NCBI GenBank assembly: GCA_964565925.1
Contig: CAZMGV010000005.1
Coordinates: 64,100 to 128,099, forward strand
Direction of reading: 5' to 3'
DNA: 64,000 nucleotides
DNA from: an uncultured bacterium
GTDB taxonomy: Bacteria; JAGRBM01; JAHCIT01
Part shown: positions 18,887-28,661 of the stretch, in pieces
Layout of the letters: each line of letters starts with the position of its first letter
How positions within the stretch are numbered: the stretch's first letter is position 1
Notes under the pieces: model-generated
The model's input: the letters and a program-made list of their open reading frames with translations, nothing else
Database searches by the model: none
Told to the model about the DNA's origin: nothing
Made by a program: the position numbers and the translations under genes

Positions 18887-19152
18887 TAGACAATTTCGCC
18901 GGGCTTCACCATCCCGAGATCATCCCGGGCAATGGTTTCCACATATGTCATGTCATTCTTGAGGCGTTCGCGTTCGCGGTCGAGCGAGGCTATGCGCTCT
19001 TTCATGGAGCCGACACGTTCTTCGACCCGGCGCAACTCCCGTCGTTCGTAAAACAGCTCGGAACCGTTACGCGCAAGGTGCCAGAATAACGCCAGCGAAC
19101 CGAGCGTTCCGACCGATACCATGATCCAGCGTCGCCACATCGTAGAAATCAT
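18865..19152 (-). CDS. ftsB: Septum formation initiator family protein (FtsB/DivIC-like)
   Basis: A single TM helix is followed by a coiled coil and the typical C-terminal YVETIARDDLGMVKPGEIVYYF. Its stop is convergent with the GT-C gene's and overlaps it by ~22 bp. Confidence 0.6.
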   Translation of the reverse strand: MISTMWRRWIMVSVGTLGSLALFWHLARNGSELFYERRELRRVEERVGSMKERIASLDRERERLKNDMTYVETIARDDLGMVKPGEIVYYFPATP

Positions 19153-19309
19153 CTTTATCAGTTTCCGGGATTCACCGTCAAGTGTTTGATTTAATTGGGA
19201 GATTCCCGTTTCTTATGGAGTCGGTTATGGAGACGGGCTATCGTGGGGTTTACGCCTCTCCAATGGACGGGTATAAAGCCGTTGATCTGGATCAGTTGGA
19301 GGAGCCGCC

Positions 19310-19861
19310 TTGAGCGAGGAACAGTCATTCGTGAAACGCCGCCACATGTTCATCGAGCCCCAGGAGCAGACCGTATTTATGGTTCGTGCCTGGATATATT
19401 GCCTCATATTCTTCGGCGTGGCCTTCACGATCATCTACCACCCAGGCCCCCAGTGGCAGCTTTCGGACGCCCAGCGGGCGACCAACCAGTTCCTTTTCTA
19501 TCACGCAGACAAATGGCCGTGGCTGATCCTTCCGTTCGCATTGGTCGGACTGGTATCTGTTATCGGCAGCCACCGGATATTCGGACCGGTACTGGGTCTC
19601 AAGAATACGATCCGGCGCGTGCTGGACAAGGACCTGTCGGTACACTTCAGCGGCCGGCCGGGCGATCATTTCGAGGAGCTGGCCATTCTGGTGAACCAGC
19701 TGGTCGATCAGAACCGTAACGACATGAAAACCCTCAAGAACATCTCGCAGCAGGTCAAGACGGATCTGGCAGCCGGGCGCACGGCCGAAGCCGCGGCCGG
19801 GGTCAACCGGCTGGTTGACGAACTCGCCAAGTACCGCCTAGAGTTCAAGCAAGATGGCTGA
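19310..19861 (+). CDS. Hypothetical membrane protein (two TM helices plus a HAMP-like helical cytoplasmic tail)
   Basis: 183-aa ORF. Two hydrophobic segments (WIYCLIFFGVAFTIIY, WLILPFALVGLVSVIG) are followed by amphipathic helices. I recognise no family. Confidence 0.4.
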   Translation: MSEEQSFVKRRHMFIEPQEQTVFMVRAWIYCLIFFGVAFTIIYHPGPQWQLSDAQRATNQFLFYHADKWPWLILPFALVGLVSVIGSHRIFGPVLGLKNTIRRVLDKDLSVHFSGRPGDHFEELAILVNQLVDQNRNDMKTLKNISQQVKTDLAAGRTAEAAAGVNRLVDELAKYRLEFKQDG

Positions 19862-19989
19862 AACGCTCAACATCTCCGTTCTTCTCCGCTGGTGGCCCGC
19901 CCGGGCCTGACCAACTCGCGTTCATTACGCACAAGTTTAAATCCAATGTCCGTACCTCCGGCGCCACGCAGCCCCGGTGACAATCACTG

Positions 19990-20009
19990 ACACCTGAGTT
20001 AGTTCAGGT
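19990..20009 (+). promoter_or_regulatory. 7-bp perfect inverted repeat (CACCTGA-gttagt-TCAGGTG) in the trpE 5-prime leader
   Basis: Read directly from the sequence, ~50 bp upstream of the trpE start. No Trp-codon leader peptide was found, so an attenuator role is speculative. Confidence 0.2.
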
Positions 20010-20057
20010 GCCGGTTCCCAAAGGCGTACCGGCCCGGTCCGCCAGAAACGGTTTCGT

Positions 20058-21545
20058 ATGAACCAGATCCAGCCTGATTTTACCGCTTTTGAACGGCTTG
20101 CCCGTTCCGGCGACGCAAAACTGATCCCGCTGTACCGCCAGATGGTGGCCGATCTCGACACGCCGCTCTCGGTCTACCGCAAGCTCGCCAGCGAAAAGCC
20201 GTCGTTCCTTTTGGAGAGCGCCGAGGGTGGGGAGCGCTGGGGCCGGTATTCGATCATCGGCGTGGGAGCCCGCGAGATCGTCCGCTGCAAGAACCGAAGG
20301 GTGGAGATTATCCGTGGTGACGGCCGCGAAATCCGCGACGTGGAGGGCAACCCGCTCGATATCGTTCGGGAAAAGCTGCTCAAGAGCCCGTTCGCCCAGG
20401 TCCCGGGCCTGCCGAAATTCTTCGGCGGTGCTGTGGGTTATCTGGCCTACGATTCGGTTCGCTATTTCGAGAAGCTTCCGGACAAACTGCCGGACGATCT
20501 AGAATGTTACGACTTCGAGTTCATCTTTACGAACCGGATCGTCGTGTTCGACAACGTCACCCGCCAGATGACGCTCGTGACGGTGGCCGATCTGGACGCT
20601 CATCCGACGCCGGAGCGGGCGCGTGCCGTCGCCGCCGAAGAGCTGATGGAGATGGTGGCCACAGTGAAAGGTCAGCTTCCTGAACTGCCCGACGCGCCGG
20701 GCGGGGAGCTTACCGTTCATCCCAACACGCCGCAGGCCGACTACGAGCGGGCTGTCCGCATGTCGAAGGAATACATCGCCGCCGGAGATATTTTTCAGGT
20801 GGTGCTGTCGCAGCGGTTTACGGCGAACGTCGAAATGGACGCGTTCCAGCTCTACCGGGCGCTCCGGGTCGTGAACCCGTCGCCGTATCTGTTTCTGCTC
20901 GAGTTTGACGGCTATGCGCTGGTAGGCTCATCACCGGAAGTGCTGGTCCGGCTTGATGGCGACGAAGTCACGGTCAGGCCGATCGCCGGGACTCTCCCCC
21001 GCGGCAAGACGCTCGAAGAAGATCTCTCGAACGAGAAGAAGCTGCTGGCCGATCCCAAGGAACGGGCCGAGCACATCATGCTGGTGGACCTCGGCCGAAA
21101 CGACGTGGGCCGCGTGGCCGCTCCGGGTTCCGTGAAGGTGAGCGATCTGATGGTGATCGAGAAATACAGCCATGTGATGCATATCGTCTCGAACGTCATC
21201 GGCAAGCTGGCACCCGGGAAAGATGCCTTCGATGTGCTCACGGCGGCGTTCCCGGCCGGGACGCTCTCGGGTGCACCCAAAATCCGCGCGATGGAGATCA
21301 TCGACGAGATGGAACGTTCGCGCCGCGGCTGGTATGGCGGTGCGGTCGGGTATTTCTCCCCGACCGGCGAGATGGATTTCTGCATCGCGATCCGGACGTT
21401 CTACCTTTCCGGAAAGCAGGTCCACTGGCAGGCGGGGGCGGGGATCGTCGCCGACTCCGTGCCTGAGAGCGAACACAAGGAATGTCTGGCCAAGTCGGCT
21501 GCGCTTCGCCGCGCCCTCGAGATGGCGATGAAAGGTCTGTCATGA
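20058..21545 (+). CDS. trpE: Anthranilate synthase component I
   Basis: Chorismate-binding enzyme blocks are present: [50 protein letters not shown]. Confidence 0.9.
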   Translation: MNQIQPDFTAFERLARSGDAKLIPLYRQMVADLDTPLSVYRKLASEKPSFLLESAEGGERWGRYSIIGVGAREIVRCKNRRVEIIRGDGREIRDVEGNPLDIVREKLLKSPFAQVPGLPKFFGGAVGYLAYDSVRYFEKLPDKLPDDLECYDFEFIFTNRIVVFDNVTRQMTLVTVADLDAHPTPERARAVAAEELMEMVATVKGQLPELPDAPGGELTVHPNTPQADYERAVRMSKEYIAAGDIFQVVLSQRFTANVEMDAFQLYRALRVVNPSPYLFLLEFDGYALVGSSPEVLVRLDGDEVTVRPIAGTLPRGKTLEEDLSNEKKLLADPKERAEHIMLVDLGRNDVGRVAAPGSVKVSDLMVIEKYSHVMHIVSNVIGKLAPGKDAFDVLTAAFPAGTLSGAPKIRAMEIIDEMERSRRGWYGGAVGYFSPTGEMDFCIAIRTFYLSGKQVHWQAGAGIVADSVPESEHKECLAKSAALRRALEMAMKGLS

Positions 21546-22132
21546 TCCTTCTGATCGATAACTACGATTCGTTTACGTACAATCTCTTTCAGTACCTCTC
21601 CGAACTCGGCGCGGAGGTGAAGGTCGTCCGCAACGACCAGATCACCGTCGAGGAGATCGAGAAGCTGAAGCCGCAGGGCATTGTCGTCAGCCCCGGCCCC
21701 TGCACGCCCAACGAAGCGGGTATCAGCCTGGGTGTGTTCGAGAAACTGGCTGGCAAATATCCGGTCTTCGGTGTGTGTCTCGGCCATCAGTCGATGGGGC
21801 AGGCGTTCGGCGGCAAGGTGATCCGGGCGAAACTCCCCATGCACGGAAAGGTGAGCGAGATCCATCACGACGGGAAGGGCGTATTCGCCGGACTTCAGAA
21901 CCCGTTCCCGGCGACCCGCTATCATTCGCTGGTTGTGGAGAAGGGCTCGCTCCCGCCCACTCTTGAAGTGAGCGCCTGGACCGACGACGGAGAGATCATG
22001 GGCCTGCGCCACAAGGCACTGCCGGTCGAAGGGGTCCAGTTCCACCCTGAGTCGATCCTCACGACCGAGGGGAAGAAGTTGATCGCCAACTTCCTGAAGA
22101 CCTGCGGCGTGGATCTGCGCAAAACCGCCTGA
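21542..22132 (+). CDS. trpG: Anthranilate synthase component II (glutamine amidotransferase)
   Basis: Starts [19 protein letters not shown], in an ATGA overlap with the trpE stop. The GATase triad context is GVCLGHQ...HPES. Confidence 0.9.
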   Translation: MILLIDNYDSFTYNLFQYLSELGAEVKVVRNDQITVEEIEKLKPQGIVVSPGPCTPNEAGISLGVFEKLAGKYPVFGVCLGHQSMGQAFGGKVIRAKLPMHGKVSEIHHDGKGVFAGLQNPFPATRYHSLVVEKGSLPPTLEVSAWTDDGEIMGLRHKALPVEGVQFHPESILTTEGKKLIANFLKTCGVDLRKTA

Positions 22133-22274
22133 AAATCCGGCCAAAAGCCCGGTCGGGAGAATATTTCGCAGGTCCTGTAATAATGGCCGGTCACGCGACC
22201 TAACAGGGGGAGGGCGGTAAAATCGCCGCCTGAAACCCCTTAAACCCCCGGTCACCGGGAGAGGTCACGCGATC

Positions 22275-22835
22275 ATGCCTGAAATCCATGCGAACCAGTC
22301 CGCCAATACGCCCGCTAATCCCCTTGGCACAGCCCGCCAGCGTACCTTTGATTGGATCGACCCGAAGTCGATCCAGGCCAAGGTCCCCGGAAAGACCGGC
22401 CTCGAGTTCCTGAAGTCGCTCGACCCGGCCCATTCGGCGCCCATTGCCGAGTGTCTCGATTTCCAGTTAACCGAGGTCGAGAACGGCCGGGTCGTGTTCG
22501 AAATTACCCCGGCCGAATACCACTACAACCCGATGGGCTCCATGCACGGTGGTGTCATGTGCACGCTGTGCGATTCCGCCACCGGCGCGGCGGTACACTC
22601 CACACTGGCGGCAGGCATGGCCTACACGTCGCTTGAGGTGAAGGTGAACTTCCTGAAAGCCGTGACCTCGAAGACCGGCAGGCTCCGGTGCGAAGGGAAA
22701 GTCGTCTCGTCGGGAAGCCGAGTGGCCGTTTCGGAAGCCCGTTTGACCGACGCGAGCGGCAAGCTGTACGCAACCGCAAACAGCACCTGCCTGATCTTCG
22801 AGATGGGCGCCGGGACGGGAAAGCCAAATGGCTAA
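22275..22835 (+). CDS. Hotdog-fold thioesterase (PaaI/YbgC-like)
   Basis: The MHGGVMCTLCDSATGAAVHS core segment resembles PaaI-family 4HBT thioesterases. The stop overlaps the ECF sigma gene by 8 bp. Confidence 0.55.
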   Translation: MPEIHANQSANTPANPLGTARQRTFDWIDPKSIQAKVPGKTGLEFLKSLDPAHSAPIAECLDFQLTEVENGRVVFEITPAEYHYNPMGSMHGGVMCTLCDSATGAAVHSTLAAGMAYTSLEVKVNFLKAVTSKTGRLRCEGKVVSSGSRVAVSEARLTDASGKLYATANSTCLIFEMGAGTGKPNG

Positions 22836-23433
22836 AGCAGCAAAGGTATCGAAATCCCGGACGGCGAAGGCCGCTCATGCGGCCCACGCCGCACACGCCG
22901 ACGGCAAGTTCCTGGAATGGGTGACGCGCCTCGTGCATGAACATCGGGCACGCCTCATCCGGCTGGTTCGTAAGGAAGGCCTGCGGGCGGAGGATGCGCT
23001 GGATTGCGTGCAGGAGGCATTTCACACCTTTCTGCTGCTCCCAAGGGCGCGCCAGCTCCTCGAGGTGCCCGACGATTCCGCCAAGCTGCTTACCGTCATC
23101 GCCAGGAACGCCGCCCGTAACCGCCGCAAGAAGCACGACCGCGCGAGGGATCATATGTCGGACGAAAATACGCTCGGAGAGCTCATGGACCCGTCAGCTG
23201 GAGTGGAAAGCCTCATTGAACAGGCCGAGGCGTTTGCGATGGCCGTAGGTTGCGTAGGGCATCTCGGCGAATTGCAGCGGAAAGTCGTGACGTTAAGGCT
23301 CGTGGACGATGTGCCCGGCGACGACGTGGCGAAACTGCTGGGAGTCAGTCCCGTTCATGTGGCTGTGCTGCTCCACCGCGCCAAGCAGGAGCTTCGCCAG
23401 TGCATGATCTCGGCGGGGTATCCGGCGAAGTAG
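22828..23433 (+). CDS. ECF-type RNA polymerase sigma factor with an unusual Lys/Ala/His-rich N-terminal extension
   Basis: Region 2 (ALDCVQEAFHTFLL...) and region 4 (KVVTLRLVDDVPGDDVAKLLGVSPVHVAVLLHRAKQELRQ) are recognisable. The N-terminus is MAKAAKVSKSRTAKAAHAAHAAHADGK. Confidence 0.7.
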   Translation: MAKAAKVSKSRTAKAAHAAHAAHADGKFLEWVTRLVHEHRARLIRLVRKEGLRAEDALDCVQEAFHTFLLLPRARQLLEVPDDSAKLLTVIARNAARNRRKKHDRARDHMSDENTLGELMDPSAGVESLIEQAEAFAMAVGCVGHLGELQRKVVTLRLVDDVPGDDVAKLLGVSPVHVAVLLHRAKQELRQCMISAGYPAK

Positions 23434-23440
23434 CTGAAAA

Positions 23441-24541
23441 CTATTCGTCCTTGAGTTCGAACCGGCCGAGTGCCAGCACCGTCATGACGAGCTGGCGGCG
23501 GTCGAAAGGTTTGGCGAGGAACGCGTCGGCGAACAGGGTACCGGTGACGATCTGGCGGTTCACCTCGGTATCGGAACCGGAGAGGACGAGGATCTTCGTG
23601 TTACTCGTCTTTTCGTGCTCTTTCAGTTTCTGGCACGCCTCAAAGCCGTTCATCTTCGGCATGGCGAGGTCGAGAATAATGAGGTCGGGGCGCTCTTTGA
23701 GCGCCGTGCGGAACCCTTCCTGCCCGTCGTAGGCGTGAATAATCTCCGCCTTCACGTTGGCGAGGGAATGTTTAACCAGCATGTGCATCGGCTCTTCGTC
23801 GTCGATGTGCAGAATCTTTGGCAGTTTGGTGGCCGGATGCTTGTCGGCTTTCTTGAGCGCATCGGTGAAGGCCCGGGCGACGCCCGCTTCGAGGTTGTCA
23901 TCCACCCAGGCGCGCAGACGCGGGGTGAGTTCCACGTCCGAATAGATGATCCGCACGATCGACTTGAAGCTCTGCATCTTGCGCAGGAACTCCATGACGC
24001 CCTCGTGCGGGCGGAAGGTGTCCGATTTTCCCTGCCCGATGGCGTCCAGCATATTGGACACCTGATCGTGCGAGAGACTCTCCAGCTTGCCGAACCGGGC
24101 GCCGAGCCCCAGCGAGTTGGACCACCGGGCGATCAGCGATCCCTTGTGCGACCGTATTTCGCAGGCGACGGGCCGGTCGTCCAGCGCCACGGCGATCTGG
24201 CTGAACAGCTCCGACATCCCCATCTGAAAGCGGTCGAAAAACGCTTCGTAGGGAATATCGACGGTATGCTCGGGGGCTTTCTGGTCCCGGCGGAACTTGA
24301 ATACGCCGCGGCGGAACTGGATCAGGTTGTAGGCGACCTCGCGGCCCTGGTGCTTGCCGCTGGAGGCGTGGACGAGCCGCCCGCCCTCGAAGAAGAATTT
24401 CGCCACCCGGTCGTCATCCCAGACGTCGAGTTGCACGTTCGCCTTCGTCTGGCAGATCGGTTCGACGATCTCGAGAATGGATCCGTCTTCCATCATCCCG
24501 AGCAGTTCGCCCGGGGTCGTGGTCTTGGTCACTACAGCCAT
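23441..24541 (-). CDS. Response regulator with an N-terminal DUF4388 (PATAN-like) domain and a C-terminal receiver domain
   Basis: The C-terminal REC domain is KILHIDDEEPMHMLV...DLIILDLAMPKMNGFEACQKLK...KILVLSGSD...FLAKPFD. The N-terminal ~250 aa resemble DUF4388, which is common in Myxococcota/Planctomycetota regulators. Confidence 0.7.
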   Translation of the reverse strand: MAVVTKTTTPGELLGMMEDGSILEIVEPICQTKANVQLDVWDDDRVAKFFFEGGRLVHASSGKHQGREVAYNLIQFRRGVFKFRRDQKAPEHTVDIPYEAFFDRFQMGMSELFSQIAVALDDRPVACEIRSHKGSLIARWSNSLGLGARFGKLESLSHDQVSNMLDAIGQGKSDTFRPHEGVMEFLRKMQSFKSIVRIIYSDVELTPRLRAWVDDNLEAGVARAFTDALKKADKHPATKLPKILHIDDEEPMHMLVKHSLANVKAEIIHAYDGQEGFRTALKERPDLIILDLAMPKMNGFEACQKLKEHEKTSNTKILVLSGSDTEVNRQIVTGTLFADAFLAKPFDRRQLVMTVLALGRFELKDE

Positions 24542-24701
24542 AGGGTCACCAGTATAGTCCGGTTACGGAAAAGGTGTGCAAATTCGGGGGGTTCGGAAAA
24601 ATCGGATTCCTTTGTAACCTTCCGGGCTCCCGGGACGTGATAGTTACAGAGGCCGCCTTGGCTTGGGTAAGGTGGGGTGGTTGAGGCTAAAGGAGACGGT
24701 C

Positions 24702-26015
24702 ATGGCAGAACAGCAGAAACAGGCGGTTGTGGTGGGAAGCGGGCTCGCGGGGCTCACAGCGGCGAACTATCTCGCCAAAGGCGGCCGCAAAGTCACGGTA
24801 TTCGAGAAATCGTCGCACCCGGGCGGCCGGGCCGTCACCAAAGAACAGGACGGCTTCTATCTGAATCTCGGACCCCACGCCCTTTATTGCCTGGGCGAAG
24901 GCGTAAAGGTTCTGGACGAGTTCGGAGTGCAATTCTCGCGCAAGATCCCATCGGCGGCGGGAGCCGCCGCTGTCCGGGGCGGAAAGCGGTTCAAACTGCC
25001 CGCCAGCCTGACGTCGATCCTGTTCAATCCGATGTATTCCTGGCGGGAGCGGTTCGGATTCCTTATCGCCCTGTCGGCCGTTTCGGCCACGGCGAAACCG
25101 GAGGCGCTGGAGAAGATTTCACTTAAAGACTGGCTGGACGGCCGCAGGGCGTCCGCCGCCGTCAGGCAGTCGGTGGAAGCGCTCTGTCGGGTGGCAACGT
25201 ACAGTAACTCTCCTGAACGAATCAGCGCCGGTTCGGCGATCCGGCAGATGCGGCTCGCCTTCAAGGGTAACGTTTATTACCTCGACCACGGCTGGCAAAC
25301 GATCGTGGGCGGATTGCGCAGTTCGGCCGAGAAAGCTGGTGTGACCTTCGTGACAGGCGAAGAAGTTATTGCCGTTGAGACTGAAGACGGAGCGAGCACC
25401 GGAGTTCATCTGGCAAGCGGCCGGATGGTGCCGGCGACTTCCGTAATCCTCGCCACCGGTCCGGCCGATGCCGCCAAGCTCGTGGACGGCGGAAAGAATG
25501 CAACTCTGAATGGCTGGGCGGCATCGAGCGTGCCGGTGAAGGCGGCCTGCCTCGATCTGGGCCTCGCGTCACTACCGAACCCGGATGTGAAGTTCGCCCT
25601 GGGGATCGATGCATCGCTCTACTATTCGGTCCATTCGGCAACGGGTAAATTCGCACCCGAAGGTGCGGCGATGGTCCATATAGCGAAATATCTGGATCCG
25701 TCCCGTGAATCGGATGCTGCCAGCGACCAGAAGGAGCTGGAAAGCCTGATGGATCTGCTGCAACCCGGTTGGCGGAAGCTGGTGAAAGTGCAGCGCTATC
25801 TGCCGAAGCTTGTTGTCACCCATCGGCTCGTCACGTCCGACGATGGCGGCGTGACTGGCAGGCCAGGCCCGGCAGTTCCCGGAATTGAAAGCCTGTTTGT
25901 CGCGGGCGACTGGGCGGGCACGGAAGCGATGATCGCAGATGCCGCATTCGCCAGCGGCCGCCAGGCTGCGGTTCTGGCACTGGGCAGTGTCGTGGTATCG
26001 CGAAAAGCAGCCTGA
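24702..26015 (+). CDS. FAD/NAD(P)-binding oxidoreductase (amine-oxidase / phytoene-desaturase-like)
   Basis: Rossmann dinucleotide motif VVVGSGLAGLTAANYLAKGGRKVTVFEKSSHPGGR. The C-terminal FVAGDW segment is typical of the family. The start is taken at MAEQQKQ. Confidence 0.7.
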   Translation: MAEQQKQAVVVGSGLAGLTAANYLAKGGRKVTVFEKSSHPGGRAVTKEQDGFYLNLGPHALYCLGEGVKVLDEFGVQFSRKIPSAAGAAAVRGGKRFKLPASLTSILFNPMYSWRERFGFLIALSAVSATAKPEALEKISLKDWLDGRRASAAVRQSVEALCRVATYSNSPERISAGSAIRQMRLAFKGNVYYLDHGWQTIVGGLRSSAEKAGVTFVTGEEVIAVETEDGASTGVHLASGRMVPATSVILATGPADAAKLVDGGKNATLNGWAASSVPVKAACLDLGLASLPNPDVKFALGIDASLYYSVHSATGKFAPEGAAMVHIAKYLDPSRESDAASDQKELESLMDLLQPGWRKLVKVQRYLPKLVVTHRLVTSDDGGVTGRPGPAVPGIESLFVAGDWAGTEAMIADAAFASGRQAAVLALGSVVVSRKAA

Positions 26016-26953
26016 GCCTTGCCGTCGGTAGCTACCGGAACGTTCAGAGCAGGTAGGTCGGACCACAGGCAGGTCCACAGAGCCGACGGTTTCACAGGAT
26101 CGTCGTCATCGGTCACCAGCCACAAGCGGGTTCCCGGGCCCTCTGACTCTGCCCATAACCCTTCGACCTTGAGCGGCGGCGATAGCCAGTGCAGTGCGGT
26201 GACGGCGTGGCCATCGAGAATGCCGATGGCGGAACCGCTCACGGCACCGTCCTCATAGGTGCTGGCTGAATTTTCCGCGACGGCGGTAAAGAGCAGACGT
26301 CCTCCCGGCAGGGCGAATCCGTCGGTGAACGACAGCGGGCCTTTATCCTCCGGCAGCTTCACCGCTTCCGACTGGACGAGGCAGTTTCCGGTCACTCGTC
26401 CGCTCGCAGCCTCCGATCTGAACCGGTTCAGGTCCAGATGCAGCAGGCCGTTTTGGCCGGCCCGGCCGTTACCGCGCTGAAACAGGATCAACCGGTCGTC
26501 ATGGACGGCCGCCCCTTCGATATTGAGTTCGGGGAACTGCCGGGCTGCCGAGATATAGAGTTCTGCCAGCTCCACCTGATGGATTCCGGTTGGTTCGCCG
26601 CTGGCATCGAGCCGGACCAGCGCTGCGCGGGTGCGGCTCGGGGTGGAGCCGGACGGGATAGCCAGCAGCTCCGAATTGCCGTTCGGCAAGGGCAGGAGTG
26701 CGAGCGCTTCCAGGTCGGGCTTGCGGCGTTTGCGGTCCCGCTTGTCCAGCGGCAGTTCGCCCTGAAGGATACGGAACCCCCGGCCCGGAGCGGAGCCTTC
26801 ACGGGGAAACACCCCCAGATGCAGCTCGTCGTCGGCCACGACGTATATGTGCGACCGGGTCATGGCGAGTCCGCTCGCGGCCGAAATAAACGGACGCCGC
26901 CCGGCCGACATCGGCTGGGTCAGATCGAGCAGACGAAGGCGGACAGGGTTCAT
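25796..26953 (-). CDS. Hypothetical protein (possible beta-propeller). It is third in the adenylate-cyclase operon. The 3-prime boundary is uncertain.
   Basis: The start overlaps the cyclase stop (ATGA at 26950-26953). The N-terminal two-thirds look protein-like (SHIYVVADDELHLGVF, LLAIPSGST, AAVHDDRLILFQRGNG). The last ~70 aa are low-complexity and overlap the convergent oxidoreductase by ~220 bp, so the true stop may be earlier or there may be a frameshift. Confidence 0.35.
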   Translation of the reverse strand: MNPVRLRLLDLTQPMSAGRRPFISAASGLAMTRSHIYVVADDELHLGVFPREGSAPGRGFRILQGELPLDKRDRKRRKPDLEALALLPLPNGNSELLAIPSGSTPSRTRAALVRLDASGEPTGIHQVELAELYISAARQFPELNIEGAAVHDDRLILFQRGNGRAGQNGLLHLDLNRFRSEAASGRVTGNCLVQSEAVKLPEDKGPLSFTDGFALPGGRLLFTAVAENSASTYEDGAVSGSAIGILDGHAVTALHWLSPPLKVEGLWAESEGPGTRLWLVTDDDDPVKPSALWTCLWSDLPALNVPVATDGKAQAAFRDTTTLPSARTAAWRPLANAASAIIASVPAQSPATNRLSIPGTAGPGLPVTPPSSDVTSRWVTTSFGR

Positions 26954-28650
26954 GACGCGGGCAGGGTGACGCCTTCGATAAACGCCACAACCTCTCTGGG
27001 TATTGAGGTGAACCGGATTTCGTGAAGACCACTGCTATTTCCGTCGGATACCGGCATGACCTTGGCGTAGATGTCTAGCCGGTCCAGATGACTGCTGACT
27101 TCATGCAGGTTCAGCTTGAGGTTGCTAAGTGTTTCCATTTTTGAGTCTGAACGTACCGTCACAGCCTGCGCGGAGATGGCAATGATCTCAAGATGAAACC
27201 GGTCGTCGTTAACCGTCTTCCCGTCTACCAGCGAGGCCACAAAGCGTAGCGGACGGACTGGCGGACGTGGTGTGGTGGTGTGACGGTTCAGGACACAGCT
27301 GAATTCGCCGCCCACGCCGCCGATCTCATAGATGGCGAGCGGGTGGCTGGCTCCTTTGGGCATGATTTCCATCCGGCCATCGATTCTGATCAGTCCCTTA
27401 GATTCATCAATTACAGACTGGGAAGCCAGAATCTGCCCGCCCACCGTATAGGATTCGATCCGGCTTGCCATATTCACGCCGCTACCGACGACTGTATATT
27501 TGCTCCGGCGGCTGGATCCGATATTGCCTACCACGACTTCTGCGTCGTTTATTCCAATACCCATCTCCAATGCGGGAAGCCCGTTCGCCTCGTTCCGCTG
27601 GTTCACAGCCGCCATGGCATTCTGCATTTCAACGGCGCAGGCGGTGGCCCTGAGCGCCCGGTCGGGCATCTCATGGGGCGCTCCGAAGATGACGAGCAGG
27701 GCGTCACCGATGATTTCGTTTACAGTTCCGTGATGCCTGAAGACGACTTCCACCATAATTTCATAATAGTCATTCAGCATACGGACGAAGGTTTCGGCGG
27801 GAATCCGTTCCGCAAGTGCGGTGAATCCGCGCAGGTCAGTCATCAGGATGCTCACCCGCCGGCGATGCCCGCCCATTTCAAGGGCGGCCGGGTTTTCGAT
27901 CAGCGCGTGCATGACTTCGGGAGCCAGATACCGTCCGAACATCTTCTTCAGGAATCCGGAGAGTTCGGTTACCTGTTCCTCGCGTTCCTTCCAGCGGGCG
28001 AAAATATAGGAACTCACCAGGATAATGGCAGCGGAGAGTGTCACCGGGACCAGGAAGATGACCACCGTGCCGGCTGGTGGAATGAGAAGGTGTCCGTCCT
28101 CAAATGGTGCACGCCGCAGCCAGGGCGCATAGGGAATCCATCCGGCAATCTGCGCCACGGTGGTGCCTGTCAGGATGATCAGGGCAGTGAGGCCGCTCAG
28201 GAGCACCGGTCGTAAGCCGAACATGAGGAGGCTGATTGAGAGGCCTCCCAGGGCGACGACCCAGACAGGTGTAGTGATCGTGCCGGTGAAATAGATGACG
28301 AGCCCCGTATGAACCGCCGTCCCTTGTAGAAACAGGTGGAGCACTAACGGGTTTTCCGGGTCCCGCCTGCGAAGCAGAAGCCCGGCCACAATGACCGTCG
28401 CCATGAAAATACTGGTGATCGCATAAAACGGTTTAAGAATCTGCTCAGCGAATTCCCAGTTTACGAGGTCGCTGAAATAGGTGGCTTCGCTTCCCTTCCA
28501 CACGATGAGCCAGCCGGCCACAACCCACGGAAATGCGATGCTTGAGCAGAGTACGCACCGGTCCACCAGCGGCCAGTCAAGCGGGTTAAAGAGCCATGAT
28601 TTGCGGCCCGCTGCCATGCCCGGCTGAACTGGATGGATGGAAGCCGCCAC
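26950..28650 (-). CDS. Membrane-anchored class III adenylate/guanylate cyclase (6 TM + CHD catalytic domain + C-terminal domain of unknown function)
   Basis: ~6 N-terminal TM helices. The cyclase homology domain is VSILMTDLRGFTALAE...GTVNEIIGDALLVIFGAP...VGIGINDAEVVVGNIGSSRRSKYTVVGSGVNMASRIES. A ~150-aa C-terminal extension follows. Confidence 0.8.
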   Translation of the reverse strand: MAASIHPVQPGMAAGRKSWLFNPLDWPLVDRCVLCSSIAFPWVVAGWLIVWKGSEATYFSDLVNWEFAEQILKPFYAITSIFMATVIVAGLLLRRRDPENPLVLHLFLQGTAVHTGLVIYFTGTITTPVWVVALGGLSISLLMFGLRPVLLSGLTALIILTGTTVAQIAGWIPYAPWLRRAPFEDGHLLIPPAGTVVIFLVPVTLSAAIILVSSYIFARWKEREEQVTELSGFLKKMFGRYLAPEVMHALIENPAALEMGGHRRRVSILMTDLRGFTALAERIPAETFVRMLNDYYEIMVEVVFRHHGTVNEIIGDALLVIFGAPHEMPDRALRATACAVEMQNAMAAVNQRNEANGLPALEMGIGINDAEVVVGNIGSSRRSKYTVVGSGVNMASRIESYTVGGQILASQSVIDESKGLIRIDGRMEIMPKGASHPLAIYEIGGVGGEFSCVLNRHTTTPRPPVRPLRFVASLVDGKTVNDDRFHLEIIAISAQAVTVRSDSKMETLSNLKLNLHEVSSHLDRLDIYAKVMPVSDGNSSGLHEIRFTSIPREVVAFIEGVTLPAS

Positions 28651-28661
28651 CGTTATCCTGC

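Noticed and set aside
19862-20057. Classical trp attenuator (leader peptide with tandem Trp codons) upstream of trpE
   Set aside because: The only small upstream ORF I could find (MSVPPAPRSPGDNH) has no Trp codons. Only a 7-bp inverted repeat is present, and it is reported at low confidence instead.
22133-22274. Possible terminator hairpins after trpG (ccggccaaaagcccgg / ggcggtaaaatcgccgcc)
   Set aside because: The stems are short (4-6 bp) and no U-tract follows. Not reported as terminators.
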